From: Gemmataceae bacterium
GTDB taxonomy: Bacteria > Planctomycetota > Planctomycetia > Gemmatales > Gemmataceae
Length of the DNA stretch: 64,000 nt
Direction: 5' to 3'
Assembly: GCA_009691845.1 (NCBI GenBank)
Contig: SIAJ01000013.1
Span: 13,749 to 77,748, forward strand
Shown: positions 8,522-18,503 of the stretch, piece after piece
Position numbering within the stretch: the first letter of the stretch is position 1
Layout: each line of letters begins with the position of its first letter
Notes under the pieces: model-generated
Seen by the model: the letters and a program-made list of their open reading frames with translations, nothing else
What the model was told of the DNA's origin: nothing
Databases searched by the model: none
Program-made: the position numbers and the translations under genes

Positions 8522-9370
8522 ATGCGGACGTACTTATATCGCCCGGCTGTTTTCGTCACATTCTTGCTCGTATGCCTGATGTTTGCTCCGGCACGATTGG
8601 TGATTGGCGACCGCGAGATTCATCCGACTCCGTCCCGTGCCCCAAGCGACGATTTGCTCATCCCTCCGTCCATCGAACAATCGTTTGCCGAGTTATGCAA
8701 AAACGATCCAATAGGTGCCCTCGCAAGGTCGATGCACCGCTATAAGCAAGAAGTCGAAGGCTACACCTGCATAATGGCGAAGCAGGAACGAATTAATGGC
8801 ACGCTGAACAAGCCAGAGGTCATACGCTGCGACGTTCGTGAGTCGCCGTTTTCGGTTTACTTGTATTGGGTCGAAGGCCGAGCCCGGGCCCACTCTCTGT
8901 TGTACCCTGCCGAAGGCCGCAACGATCGCCTGGCGATCGTGCCGGGGAACGAGGTCGTTCGCAAGGTGATGCCCTACGTCACGCGCAGCCTGGATGACAA
9001 GGAGGTGCGGGCCCAGTCGCGTTACCCGATCACGCAGTCCGGCATGAACACCGGCTTGGCCCGCGCTCATGCGGCCATGATTGTCGCTCGGGATCAGGGA
9101 ATGTTGAAGACCCGCTACGATGGCATCCGGCCGATTCCGGAACTCGGCGGTAAATTGTGCCACGTGCTGTACCGTGACAGCGATATTCCAGAAGAGGATG
9201 GACAGACGCATCTCATGCTTTGCTTCGATGTGGACAACCTCATGCAAGTAGGGGCCGTCGTCCACGCAGGCAACGAACTCGTAGCGACCTATTTTTTCCG
9301 CGATGTCGTCCTCAACCCCAGATTCGAACCGGGACGTTTCTCGATTGACCGAATTAAATCCGCGAAGTGA
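8522..9370 (+). CDS. Hypothetical membrane-anchored protein (DUF1571-like, from memory)
   Basis: The ATG at 8522 gives MRTYLYRPAVFVTFLLVCLMFAP (TM anchor). The body resembles what I recall of DUF1571 (..EGYTCIMAKQERINGTL..VYLYW..). The family call is tentative. Confidence 0.4.
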   Translation: MRTYLYRPAVFVTFLLVCLMFAPARLVIGDREIHPTPSRAPSDDLLIPPSIEQSFAELCKNDPIGALARSMHRYKQEVEGYTCIMAKQERINGTLNKPEVIRCDVRESPFSVYLYWVEGRARAHSLLYPAEGRNDRLAIVPGNEVVRKVMPYVTRSLDDKEVRAQSRYPITQSGMNTGLARAHAAMIVARDQGMLKTRYDGIRPIPELGGKLCHVLYRDSDIPEEDGQTHLMLCFDVDNLMQVGAVVHAGNELVATYFFRDVVLNPRFEPGRFSIDRIKSAK

Positions 9371-9441
9371 TCGGTTTTGGTCACTGCATCTTTTTGCATA
9401 ATCTCCATTCCAACGCAAGCTCCGCACGTCATACTAATGGA

Positions 9442-10791
9442 ATGAGCCAAACGGATTTCTTCGACCTGCGACCGGAAGTTGCTCAGGCGCGACTGTCCTT
9501 GGCCGTGGACGTCATGAAAGAGCTGAGTCAGGCTGACGATCCGCAAGACATGTGCAAGGTTTTCGCCAAGCGGATGCGGAGCATCTTTCCCACGGCTCGG
9601 CAAATCTCGCTCAGTCGCCGCGATCTTCCGGCACCCCAGCTGCGCGTCACTCGCTACAGCGAGTGGAAGGAAGATCTCAATCCCTGGGTGGATGTCGATC
9701 GTCTGCCGAGACTCGATCGAGGTTTATTCAGCGAATTGATTTACACAGGCCGGCCAAGAATTATCGACGTGTTAGACGTGGCCGCGGACGACCCGGCCTA
9801 TACGTACCTCGAAGGCCAGCAGTCGCTCCTCGCCATTCCGCTGTACGAAGCGGGCGATCCGGTGAACATGGTCGTTCTCACGCGGGAAGCAGGAAATGCA
9901 TTTCCTCCCGAACGCGTGCCCGATCTCGTGTGGATGGGCAACCTCTTCGGTAGAGCTACGCAAGCGGCCTTCCAGTCACAAAAGCTCAAGGTGGATCACG
10001 AACGGACCAAGCACGAAATGCGTCAGGTGGCCCGGTTGCAACGCAGTCTGCTGCCAACGGAACTTCCGAAAGTTTCCACGCTGGACCTCGCCTTCTATTC
10101 ACGTTCGACCAGCGATGCCGGGGGCGATTATTACAACGCCATCTCACTGCCGCGTGGCCGGGTGGGCTTCCTTCTTGCCGATGTATGCGGACATGGCGCG
10201 GCGGCCGCGATGTTGGTTGCTGTTCTGCATTCTCTCGTGACGACGTATACCGGACCGGTTGTTCCGCCCGGCCATTTGCTCTCGTACATGAACGATCACC
10301 TCAGCAAACTGTCGGCACGCTCCGCGGGGATGTTCGTAACGGCGGTCTATGCAGTTTACGATCCGGATCATGGGTCATTGAGCTGGTCGAATGCCGGCCA
10401 TCCGCCGTCGCGATTAGTGCGGGGAGCGACTGGCGTGAAGGAGGTGCTCACGGGAGAACGGTGCGTACCGTTGGGAATCGTCGGGGGAACCGTTTACCCG
10501 GAAACGGAGGTTCAACTTGCTCCCGGCGATCAGATTCTGATGCATACGGACGGGGTGACGGAAGCGAAGAACCCGGATGGAGAGATGTTCGGCGTCGATC
10601 GACTGGACGAGGTTCTGAAGCCGACGCCTGGGAGTGCCCGTTCGATGATCGGCGGCGTGCTGGAAGCACTGGAGGCGTTCACCTCCGGCACTCCACCGGC
10701 CGACGACTACACAATGCTAGCGCTCAAGTTTGTTCAGTCACGCAAGAAGGCAGGCGAAGTCTCAGGCTCATGGCAAGCGATTGGACACTAA
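9442..10791 (+). CDS. PP2C-family (SpoIIE/RsbU-type) Ser/Thr phosphatase with N-terminal GAF-like sensor domain
   Basis: DAGGDYYNAI, LLADVCGHGAAAAM, LMHTDGVTEAKNPDGEMFG and a terminal ..ADDYTMLAL are canonical SpoIIE/PP2C motifs. ATG at 9442. Confidence 0.8.
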   Translation: MSQTDFFDLRPEVAQARLSLAVDVMKELSQADDPQDMCKVFAKRMRSIFPTARQISLSRRDLPAPQLRVTRYSEWKEDLNPWVDVDRLPRLDRGLFSELIYTGRPRIIDVLDVAADDPAYTYLEGQQSLLAIPLYEAGDPVNMVVLTREAGNAFPPERVPDLVWMGNLFGRATQAAFQSQKLKVDHERTKHEMRQVARLQRSLLPTELPKVSTLDLAFYSRSTSDAGGDYYNAISLPRGRVGFLLADVCGHGAAAAMLVAVLHSLVTTYTGPVVPPGHLLSYMNDHLSKLSARSAGMFVTAVYAVYDPDHGSLSWSNAGHPPSRLVRGATGVKEVLTGERCVPLGIVGGTVYPETEVQLAPGDQILMHTDGVTEAKNPDGEMFGVDRLDEVLKPTPGSARSMIGGVLEALEAFTSGTPPADDYTMLALKFVQSRKKAGEVSGSWQAIGH

Positions 10792-10799
10792 GGGAATTA

Positions 10800-10837
10800 C
10801 ACTGGGCACGCCAATCAGGAGATTGGCGTGCCCAGTG
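10800..10837. terminator. Perfect 17-bp hairpin between convergent genes (bidirectional terminator candidate, no U-tract)
   Basis: cactgggcacgccaatc-agga-gattggcgtgcccagtg. It lies between the phosphatase stop (10791) and the helicase stop (10868). Confidence 0.5.
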
Positions 10838-10867
10838 TGGAATTCCGTCCTCGCCTAAACACCGAAC

Positions 10868-12100
10868 CTACCTGCGACCACCCTGTCCGCGAGTTGGCTT
10901 CAGATACCGGCCGCCCGCAGCAACCGGTCCCGGCTTGCGGCGATCCTCGGGGGCCTTGTCCGCACGGTTTGGGCCGGCGTGGTAATCGAAATCTTTCAGA
11001 TGCTCGCGGGGAATACGTTTGCCGAGATGCCGTTCGACACGTGCCAATCGCCCCGATTCCTCAGGCGAGACAAGAACAAAGGACATGCCTTCGTCGCCAG
11101 CCCGGCCGGTTCGCCCAATGCGATGCACGTATTCTTCCGGAGCTTCCGGGACGTCGAAATTTACGACGTGCGTGATGTGCCGAACGTCGAGGCCGCGAGC
11201 CGCGATGTTCGTAGCCACCATGATCGGCACCGATTTGTTCCGAAATGCCTGCATGGCACGGGCCCGCTGGCTGGGGCTGCGGTTGCTGTGCAACTCGGCC
11301 ACGCCGTGACCGGCATCGTACAGCTTGCCGGCGAGTTTCTTCGCACCGTGCTTGGTTCGCGTGAACACAAGCACCGAAGGACGTTCCCACTGTTCCAGGA
11401 GATGCTGAAGCAGCGCAGTCTTCAGATGCGTCGCAACCGGGTAGGCCATCTGGCTAACGGAACTCGTTGGCGTACCTTGTGTGCCGATGGACACGTTGAC
11501 AGGATCGTGGAGGATCGCTTTGCCGAGGCTTGCGATTTCAGGCGGCATGGTTGCCGAGAACAGCAACGTTTGCCGTTTGGTCGGCAGCTTCTGGATAATT
11601 CGCTTCAAGCTGGGCAGAAAGCCCATATCGAACATTTGGTCGGCTTCATCGAGAATCAGCGTGCCGATCGCATTCGGCCGAAACGCTCCGCCATCGAGGT
11701 GGTCGAGCAATCGACCTGGCGTGGCGACGACGACATCAATGCCAGCACGCAGATCGCGAGCTTGCGGGAACGAGGGGACGCCGCCGATGACAAGCGTCGA
11801 GCGTATTTGCGTGCCCGCGGCGAGGCCGCGGAAGACCTCGTGAATCTGCTGTGCAAGTTCACGGGTCGGGGTGAGAATCAGGGCGCGGCTTGAGCCGCGT
11901 GGCTGTGTGAGCAGTCCGTGCAGGACTGGCAACAGGAACGCGGCCGTTTTGCCGGTGCCGGTTTGTGCGGTGGCAACGAGATCCCGTCCGCTCAAAACAA
12001 CAGGGATGGCCTGCGTCTGGATGGGAGTTGGGGTCGTATAACCGAGGTTTTGGGCGTTTCGCGCGAGAGAGGGGGAAAGGCCGAGGGTCAAAAAAGGCAT
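10868..12100 (-). CDS. DEAD-box ATP-dependent RNA helicase (RhlE-like, basic C-terminal tail)
   Basis: Q-motif ..GYTTPTPIQ, AQTGTGKTAAF, LILDEADQMFDMGF, SAT, VHRIGRTGRAG. Start trimmed to MPFLTLGL (ATG at 12100). Confidence 0.9.
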   Translation of the reverse strand: MPFLTLGLSPSLARNAQNLGYTTPTPIQTQAIPVVLSGRDLVATAQTGTGKTAAFLLPVLHGLLTQPRGSSRALILTPTRELAQQIHEVFRGLAAGTQIRSTLVIGGVPSFPQARDLRAGIDVVVATPGRLLDHLDGGAFRPNAIGTLILDEADQMFDMGFLPSLKRIIQKLPTKRQTLLFSATMPPEIASLGKAILHDPVNVSIGTQGTPTSSVSQMAYPVATHLKTALLQHLLEQWERPSVLVFTRTKHGAKKLAGKLYDAGHGVAELHSNRSPSQRARAMQAFRNKSVPIMVATNIAARGLDVRHITHVVNFDVPEAPEEYVHRIGRTGRAGDEGMSFVLVSPEESGRLARVERHLGKRIPREHLKDFDYHAGPNRADKAPEDRRKPGPVAAGGRYLKPTRGQGGRR

Positions 12101-12200
12101 TAAAAACTCGTGGGACACAAAGAAGGAAACACAACTAACATCTATAGTGTAGCGTGAGTCACGCCTTTTTCCAAGCCAGAATCTTTCTTTCCTTCCTAAG

Positions 12201-13994
12201 ATGGCCCCGATCGTCAACATTGCCGCTTACAAATTCGTCGCGATGGCGAACCTGGAGGAACTGCGTCGCGAGTTGCAGAGCCTTACAGAACGACTGCAAC
12301 TTCGCGGTTCCATCCTGCTCAGCATCGAGGGCGTCAACCTGTTCGTCGCCGGATCGCGTGACGGCATTGACACGCTACTCGATCGTGTGCGGCAAATACC
12401 GGGCATAGGCCATCTTGATGTCAAGGAAAGCCTTAGCAGTGAACGGCCGTTCAATCGCATGCTCGTCAAGATCAAGAAGGAGATCATCGCTTTCGACGTT
12501 CCGGGCATCGACCCCAGGAAGTACTCGTCGCGTCGGGTATCGGCTCAGGAGTTGAAGGGTTGGCTCGATGAAGGCCGCCCAATCACGCTTTTGGACACTC
12601 GCAATAACTTCGAGATCAAGGTCGGAACTTTTCACAATGCGCGAGCCATCGACCTGGAGGACTTTCGCGACTTCCCCACCGCGGTCGATCAGCTGCCGGA
12701 CGAATTGAAGCAACAAACGATCGTGACTTTCTGCACGGGCGGCATTCGTTGCGAGAAGGCCGCCCCATATCTGGAACGCGAAGGCTTTCGCGAAGTCTAC
12801 CAGCTGGATGGCGGCATCCTGAAATATTTTGAGGAATGCGGCAGCGAGCATTTTGACGGCCAGTGCTTCGTGTTCGACAAACGTGTCGCCGTCGATCCGG
12901 ATTTGAAAGAGTGTTCCGTTCGGCAGTGCTTTGCCTGCTGGGCCGTTCTATCGGCCGACGATCTAGCATCGCCGAGGTACGTCGAGGGAAAATCGTGCTC
13001 CAGCTGCTTCCGGTCCGCGAGTCCGACCGGGGAGCAGCTGCTCGAACAGCGGCGAGACGCAATCCGCGAGGCGACAGGAATATTGCCAGGCAGTTTGCCT
13101 TATGAAAACGTGCGTCCGATCAGCGTCCCGTTACGCTTTGATGGCCTCGAAGTGCTCGATTTTCTGGACGCGATGAAAACGCACTTGACCCGCGATGAAT
13201 GGCACCAGGCGTGTGCCGAGGGCAGGCTGACCTGTCGAGGCGAAACAGTTCAACCAGGCCGAGCAGTGCGCTCGGGCGAGCGGCTACTGCACACCATGCC
13301 GGCCACATGCGAGCCGGACGTGGCCGTCACAATCGCGATCCTCCACGAAGATGATGCGATCGTGGTAATCAACAAGCCGGCCCCGCTTCCCATGCACCCC
13401 TGCGGACGATTCAATCGAAATTCGCTGACCCATATTCTGAATCAGGTCTATCGTCCGCTACGTCTGCTGCCGGTCCATCGGCTCGATGCGGATACAACCG
13501 GAATCGTCGTCTTTGCAAAAAATCGCGAGGTCGCTCGGACTCTGCAGGAGCGATTCGAAGCGAGCGCGATGCACAAGGCCTACCTAGCCCGCGTTCTGGG
13601 CCATCCGGCCGAAGACAATTTCGAGTGCAACGAGTTGGTCCAATCACAACCTGGGCCAAGCGGGATTCGCCTGACGGATGCGAATGGGGTCGCAGCCAGA
13701 ACGCGTTTTCGTGTGCGTAGCCGGCTGCGAGATGGCACTGCACTACTTGAGGTTGAGCCGTTGTCAGGTCGCACGAACCAGATTCGCGTGCATCTGTGGT
13801 CGCTCGGGTTCCCGATTATGGGCGACCCGATGTATCTTTCGAATCAACAACTCGGCACGGCAAAGGGTTTGTCGGTGAATGATCCACCATTGTGTCTACA
13901 TGCCAGTTCGATCGAGTTCGATCATCGGTTGACGGAGCAGACGATTCGATTCGAAGCACCAGTGCCCAGTTGGGGGACCGGCGAGAATGGGTGA
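12201..13994 (+). CDS. Fusion protein: TrhO/YceA-like rhodanese tRNA U34 hydroxylase (N) + RluA-family pseudouridine synthase (C)
   Basis: N-terminal half: IAAYKFV...FCTGGIRCEKA...GGILKYF...CFVFDKRVAV (UPF0176/TrhO pattern), then a Cys cluster. C-terminal half: ILHEDDAIVVINKP, VHRLDADTTGIVVFAK, GRTNQIRVHL (RluA catalytic Asp and RNA-binding motifs). Confidence 0.75.
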   Translation: MAPIVNIAAYKFVAMANLEELRRELQSLTERLQLRGSILLSIEGVNLFVAGSRDGIDTLLDRVRQIPGIGHLDVKESLSSERPFNRMLVKIKKEIIAFDVPGIDPRKYSSRRVSAQELKGWLDEGRPITLLDTRNNFEIKVGTFHNARAIDLEDFRDFPTAVDQLPDELKQQTIVTFCTGGIRCEKAAPYLEREGFREVYQLDGGILKYFEECGSEHFDGQCFVFDKRVAVDPDLKECSVRQCFACWAVLSADDLASPRYVEGKSCSSCFRSASPTGEQLLEQRRDAIREATGILPGSLPYENVRPISVPLRFDGLEVLDFLDAMKTHLTRDEWHQACAEGRLTCRGETVQPGRAVRSGERLLHTMPATCEPDVAVTIAILHEDDAIVVINKPAPLPMHPCGRFNRNSLTHILNQVYRPLRLLPVHRLDADTTGIVVFAKNREVARTLQERFEASAMHKAYLARVLGHPAEDNFECNELVQSQPGPSGIRLTDANGVAARTRFRVRSRLRDGTALLEVEPLSGRTNQIRVHLWSLGFPIMGDPMYLSNQQLGTAKGLSVNDPPLCLHASSIEFDHRLTEQTIRFEAPVPSWGTGENG

Positions 13995-14016
13995 CAGGTG
14001 CCACATTTCGCCGACC

Positions 14017-16128
14017 TCACCGCGTCCACTCTTCCAGCAGATCCTTCGGCGGATCCTTGAGCAGTTTCATCGCCCCTTCGATGACCTCCGCCCTCTGATC
14101 GGGAGTCAACTTGCCGTGCTGCGAACCCTCGACTCGATTGAGGCGAAGCAGCGTACTCACTTCGGCTTGCAACCCTTCACCTTCGCCGCGTTCGATTAAT
14201 ACTCGCACGATGCGAAAGCGCAGAGGGACCTCTTCGAGCGGCTCGCGCTCAGCGATTTCGCCCACCAGCTTATTCAAGGCGACAATCCGTTCCGGCTCTC
14301 GTGCTTTCGAGTTCCTGCGGTAAAGCAAAAAAGCCTCGATTAAGCTGCGTTTCGCAGCCAAGTTCTGTGGATCGAGCTGAGCAGCCAACTCGGACGACTT
14401 GCGTGTTTCATCGGCAACGCGGGCGGCATCCTCCGGGTCGGCGAGGAGTTGATACTCCCAAAGTGGCCGACGCCAACGGGCGATTTCGAGCCACAGGGCT
14501 GCGTTACCCGGATCGCGGTCGGCTGCGCCTCGTAGCGGGAGGACGATGTTCCCCAGTAGGTAGTTTCGCGAAGCCGTGAGTGCGTTCGCTTTCAGCGGAG
14601 CGGTCCTGGCTCGCTCGAACTCCCGGTGCTTGTCCGGAAAATGCCGGCTCGCCATTCGGGCCTGTCGAACGGCACTTGCCGTGGCCCAGGCTGGCAACGC
14701 GGCCGTTACCAAGAATCCAATCGCCAGGGCTGCGGACAGGACAACTGCGACTCCACGCAGGGGCCTCGACCAAGGGCCAGCCGGCTTTGTCGATTCGTTC
14801 GCTCGGAGATTCCCTGCCAGGGCGAGCATCGCAAAAATCTGCACGAGCAGTGTGAAGCGGCCCGGAGCATCGGAGACCAGGCCATAAGCGAGTACGAACC
14901 CCACTCCCAAGAGCATCGCACGAACAAGTGCGGATCGACTCGGCCGCAGAGCTTCGAGCACGGCGAACGCGGCAAACCAGAACGCGGCACGAAACACGGC
15001 TGCCGTGCCGAGGTTGAACACTTCGTCCGCACGGGACTCGGCTGGCATCTCGCTATAAGCCCAAATGAAGCCGAAGACCAACCCGGCTGCACCGCCAAGA
15101 TGAAACTCCCAGCGTGGCCGAATAATTGCGGCCTCTTTTTGTTCTGGATCGTTCGTAGGCCAGGCTTTCCTCATGGTGCATGCGGCGGCGGCGACCATCA
15201 ATATGAGACCGATCGGGCCGATCGTGGCGGCCAAACCGAACCAGGCACCCGTCGGTCCCGTGAAAGCCCCGGCAACCCGCGTGAAATTTCCAGGTCCCAC
15301 GCCGAGGAACGGAGAGTGTTCGATGAGCGAGCAGGCTGCCGACCAGTTAGCCGAATCGTCGCGAAACGGCTTGGCCAGAATCGCGGCAAGTATTCCAGCC
15401 GCGATGAGTGCGGGAAAGCCGAGAATCCACGGCCATCGCTTGGTACTTCGCCCGGTCCTCGCGAGCACAAGGGCAGCCGGCAATGTTAGAAACAAGAACA
15501 ACAGCAGGGTTTCGGACGAATCGAAAGTACCGCGCGTCACTTTCGGAATGCCAGGCGGCTGATTCAATTCCGGATAAAACTCATCGGTCCCCGCCAGCAA
15601 CTTGGACGAGTCGGCCACAACCACGTCCATCGGCCGCAAATCGAGCGGCCCGCTCAGGGATTGATAAAGTCCCAGTGCGGCCACGCTGACGGCCGATGCC
15701 ACGATGGCGTTCAGAAGGCCCCGGCTATCCGCGTGGGAGGCGGCCAGCCGCCGCGTGAGGTACACAATGCCCGCGAGCGAAATCCACTCCCAGGCGACAA
15801 ACAATCCAGGCCGGGCATAGCGATCGGCCAATTGCGAACTGATGTACGCAACCATGCCAACACTAGCGAGCAGGAGCGGAACAATCGGCCACGAGGCTCG
15901 ATGTCGAACGTGCAACACCCGCCACAGGGTTGTCGCGAACAGCAAAAGCAACACGCAGAAATTGAATGAGACTGGCCCGGTGCCCGCTGTAAGCCGCAAT
16001 CGCCCGGGGTCTTCCCCGGAAACCAACGGACGTGCCACGATTAACGCAGTGAGGGCAGCCACCAACGATCGTTCGAGAAAGATTGGTATCGGAACGGTGG
16101 AGATGGCCTTGGCTGGTTTAGGGCTCAT
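14017..16128 (-). CDS. Polytopic membrane protein with O-antigen-ligase (Wzy_C)-like core and C-terminal helical/TPR-like domain
   Basis: 703 aa with at least 10 predicted TM segments. The motif HSPFLGVGPGNF resembles the O-antigen ligase family loop. The soluble alpha-helical C-terminus covers about 200 aa. Confidence 0.5.
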   Translation of the reverse strand: MSPKPAKAISTVPIPIFLERSLVAALTALIVARPLVSGEDPGRLRLTAGTGPVSFNFCVLLLLFATTLWRVLHVRHRASWPIVPLLLASVGMVAYISSQLADRYARPGLFVAWEWISLAGIVYLTRRLAASHADSRGLLNAIVASAVSVAALGLYQSLSGPLDLRPMDVVVADSSKLLAGTDEFYPELNQPPGIPKVTRGTFDSSETLLLFLFLTLPAALVLARTGRSTKRWPWILGFPALIAAGILAAILAKPFRDDSANWSAACSLIEHSPFLGVGPGNFTRVAGAFTGPTGAWFGLAATIGPIGLILMVAAAACTMRKAWPTNDPEQKEAAIIRPRWEFHLGGAAGLVFGFIWAYSEMPAESRADEVFNLGTAAVFRAAFWFAAFAVLEALRPSRSALVRAMLLGVGFVLAYGLVSDAPGRFTLLVQIFAMLALAGNLRANESTKPAGPWSRPLRGVAVVLSAALAIGFLVTAALPAWATASAVRQARMASRHFPDKHREFERARTAPLKANALTASRNYLLGNIVLPLRGAADRDPGNAALWLEIARWRRPLWEYQLLADPEDAARVADETRKSSELAAQLDPQNLAAKRSLIEAFLLYRRNSKAREPERIVALNKLVGEIAEREPLEEVPLRFRIVRVLIERGEGEGLQAEVSTLLRLNRVEGSQHGKLTPDQRAEVIEGAMKLLKDPPKDLLEEWTR

Positions 16129-16276
16129 GAACGTTTAGGTTTCATTGCTTGCATTTCACACAGTCACTTTTCGTTGCAGGTCGCGCGTGTGCAATGCAAT
16201 CCAATTTGGAACAACCCGGAAATCGGGTGCGGAAGTGGGATTGTATTCTGATGCCGAAAGTCCGTCATAGGTTCCT

Positions 16277-16960
16277 TTATCGCAGCCGCATCTGCTTCAA
16301 CCAGTCCGCGATCCAGGCAAGTTGGGTATCGGACATCTTCGTGGCAGGGTCCTGTCTGTAATCGATCTTGTCTGCGAAATTCGATTGATCGTACGCACGG
16401 GCAAACGTGCCCTGGAGGTCGAGAATCGTATCGCGATCATCGGGAGACAACGGCACCTTGAAGCGTGGCAGACGCTTGGCCAGCGTGGACGTGTAAATCT
16501 CGAAGCGTTCCGGTTGCGTACACCGCGTGACCGTGACCGCGAAGTCCCATTCCGGCAAGCCCTCGCGGCTATAGTCGAGCAGCGGGGCCCCTTGCAGACT
16601 CAAATCGATCTCGACAATGCTGGCGTTCTGCGAACGCGCCATGCGCCGCGTCTCGAAGTAGGCCGTGCGGCCTTGTGGTAGCTTCTTGTTGGTCGGCGAA
16701 GGCACATCGATCAGCGTGACCAGCCGCCCATCGGTCCGCTGGCGAAGTTCGATGTACTCCTCCTGGCGTTCCTGACGAATGATCGACGTGAAGAGAGGCT
16801 CCTCGGTCACGAAGCTTCGCTGATTGATGCGGGCTCGATAACGATCGACCAGCCCAGGCAACAAAATCTGGTACAGGCTGGCAACGAGCTGATGTTGGAA
16901 CTGAGGCCAGTGTGCCTCATCGTCCAGATAAGGGTCCATTCCGGGAAAGGGGGAAGGCAT
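16277..16960 (-). CDS. DUF4058 family protein
   Basis: The N-terminus MPSPFPGMDPYLDDEAHWPQFQHQL is the characteristic DUF4058 start as I remember it (cyanobacteria and planctomycetes). Confidence 0.65.
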   Translation of the reverse strand: MPSPFPGMDPYLDDEAHWPQFQHQLVASLYQILLPGLVDRYRARINQRSFVTEEPLFTSIIRQERQEEYIELRQRTDGRLVTLIDVPSPTNKKLPQGRTAYFETRRMARSQNASIVEIDLSLQGAPLLDYSREGLPEWDFAVTVTRCTQPERFEIYTSTLAKRLPRFKVPLSPDDRDTILDLQGTFARAYDQSNFADKIDYRQDPATKMSDTQLAWIADWLKQMRLR

Positions 16961-17107
16961 GTCGCGCGTCTCCCGCGATGGCCGCGCGGACTAACCGCGC
17001 TTGTGGGTGTCATCGGTACCTGAAGTGGCTTGTATTGTAATCGAGCACAAGCCGATTTTCCTAGATGGTGAAAAGTTTGTTTGAGTCGATTCGCGCGAAA
17101 GAAAAAT

Positions 17108-17596
17108 TCACGGACGCAACGATTCTGGGAGTACCGAGTACTGTATTTTCCCGGCTACCGACTTTGAGACAACGCATCCGCGATTGCCTTGGCGCTGCGT
17201 GAACGCGGCCAGCAGTGCCGCCTGCCCGCAGGAATGGACGTGAATGTGACTCACCCTCTGTCGGCGACAATAGGCCGCGAGATGGGCCGCACAGACGCTC
17301 AGGCCGAGGAAGCGAAGTCGATCGCGAAGCGAGGCCCGCAAGCCGAGCCAGAAACGGACAACCCGCAAGGCACCCAGGGGACGCACGAGCAAACGAAGCA
17401 AGCTCGAAGCGGGAGGCGGAAAAACATCATGTGTCGCAGCCGCCGCCTGATCGCGAAATGCATGAGGACAAGCCGAAGGAGGGGGCCGACTGGTGGAAAG
17501 AAAAACTGGTTCGCTGCCGAGCTTGCGAAGTTCCTCGCACTCGCGCCAAAAGAAGATGTGCGTCATGCCGGGGGAACTCCGGCACAAGATAACCAA
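17108..17596 (-). pseudogene. N-terminal fragment of a GT4/WcaL-like glycosyltransferase (truncated)
   Basis: ..GMTHIFFWRECEELRKLG..(V)FLST...LLRLLVRPLGALR..LSVCAAHLAAYCRRQRVSHIHVHSCGQAALLAAF.. follows the N-domain pattern of this GT family (..SHSFI.REI..L...G..V....HLHAHFG...A..A). Similarity stops around residue 150 and no GT C-domain follows in any frame. Confidence 0.4.
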
Positions 17597-17780
17597 GCCG
17601 GAACGGTTCGGACATGTACGAAGATTGTATACCCAGGCGAGCGGAGCGGCGTAAGCCGCGCGATGAGGACGCGGAACAGGGGCTTGAAATTCGTCGCCGC
17701 ACTTACCAGAGTGCGGGAGACCTTGGCCCCATGCGACGCCTCACGTTTGGGAAAGGTCCCTCGCGTTCCGACGAGCGCGG

Positions 17781-18503
17781 CTACGCGATCGACTCCGCGG
17801 GTCTGCATCCCAACAGCCAAATCTCGCCGAACTCCTCCGGTTGATCGAGATCAACTTCCAGCAGCTTGATGAGTTCCAAGATGGCCAGGAAGATGCCGAT
17901 GAAACGGGCACGTGAGAAAGGTGGGGAGAACAGGCCGCGAAAGGGGACTCGGCCCCGATCGCGAACAAAATCGCGGACGAAGTCCAGGTACGAAGATTGC
18001 GGCGTTTCGTCGGCCATCAAGTTGAGTGGCTGGAGCGACTGCGTCTCCCGGATCAAACGGCCAAACGCACTCACGAGGTCCCACAACTCCACGCGGCGAA
18101 ACCGGGGCGAGGTTGCGCCTTCCTCATCGTCGGGCAATATCCGTGGTACGTGGAACTGGCGTTCCTCGGCCAGTTGTTCGAGATGTCCCGCAGCCTCCTT
18201 GGTCTTGCGGTATTCGACGAGTTGCTTCACCAATTCGCGGCGTGGATCGTCTGGCTCTGGGCCGGTTGCCTTCTCGGTCTGGGGAAGCAGCAGGCGGCTT
18301 TTGATCTCCATCAGGGTTGCGGCCATGACGAGAAACTCGCCGGCCCATTCCACGTCGATCGTTTGGACGGCGAAGAGGTAGTCGAGAAACTGCTCGGCGA
18401 TCCGTGCAACCGGGATGTCGCGCACGTCCATCTCATTCCGCTTCACTAGGTAAAGAAGCAGATCGAGCGGACCCTGAAACGTATCGATAGCGACTTCGTG
18501 CAT
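17781..18503 (-). CDS. scpA: Segregation and condensation protein A (kleisin ScpA)
   Basis: MHEVAIDTFQGPLDLLLYLVKRNEMDVRDIPVARIAEQFLDYL is the classic ScpA N-terminus. 240 aa. Confidence 0.85.
   Translation of the reverse strand: MHEVAIDTFQGPLDLLLYLVKRNEMDVRDIPVARIAEQFLDYLFAVQTIDVEWAGEFLVMAATLMEIKSRLLLPQTEKATGPEPDDPRRELVKQLVEYRKTKEAAGHLEQLAEERQFHVPRILPDDEEGATSPRFRRVELWDLVSAFGRLIRETQSLQPLNLMADETPQSSYLDFVRDFVRDRGRVPFRGLFSPPFSRARFIGIFLAILELIKLLEVDLDQPEEFGEIWLLGCRPAESIA

Noticed and set aside
12151-12170. A small hairpin, GCGTG-AGT-CACGC, followed by CTTTTTCC in the leader of the TrhO-RluA gene, considered as an attenuator.
   Set aside because: The stem is only 5 bp with a 3-nt loop, too weak to support a terminator or attenuator call from sequence alone.
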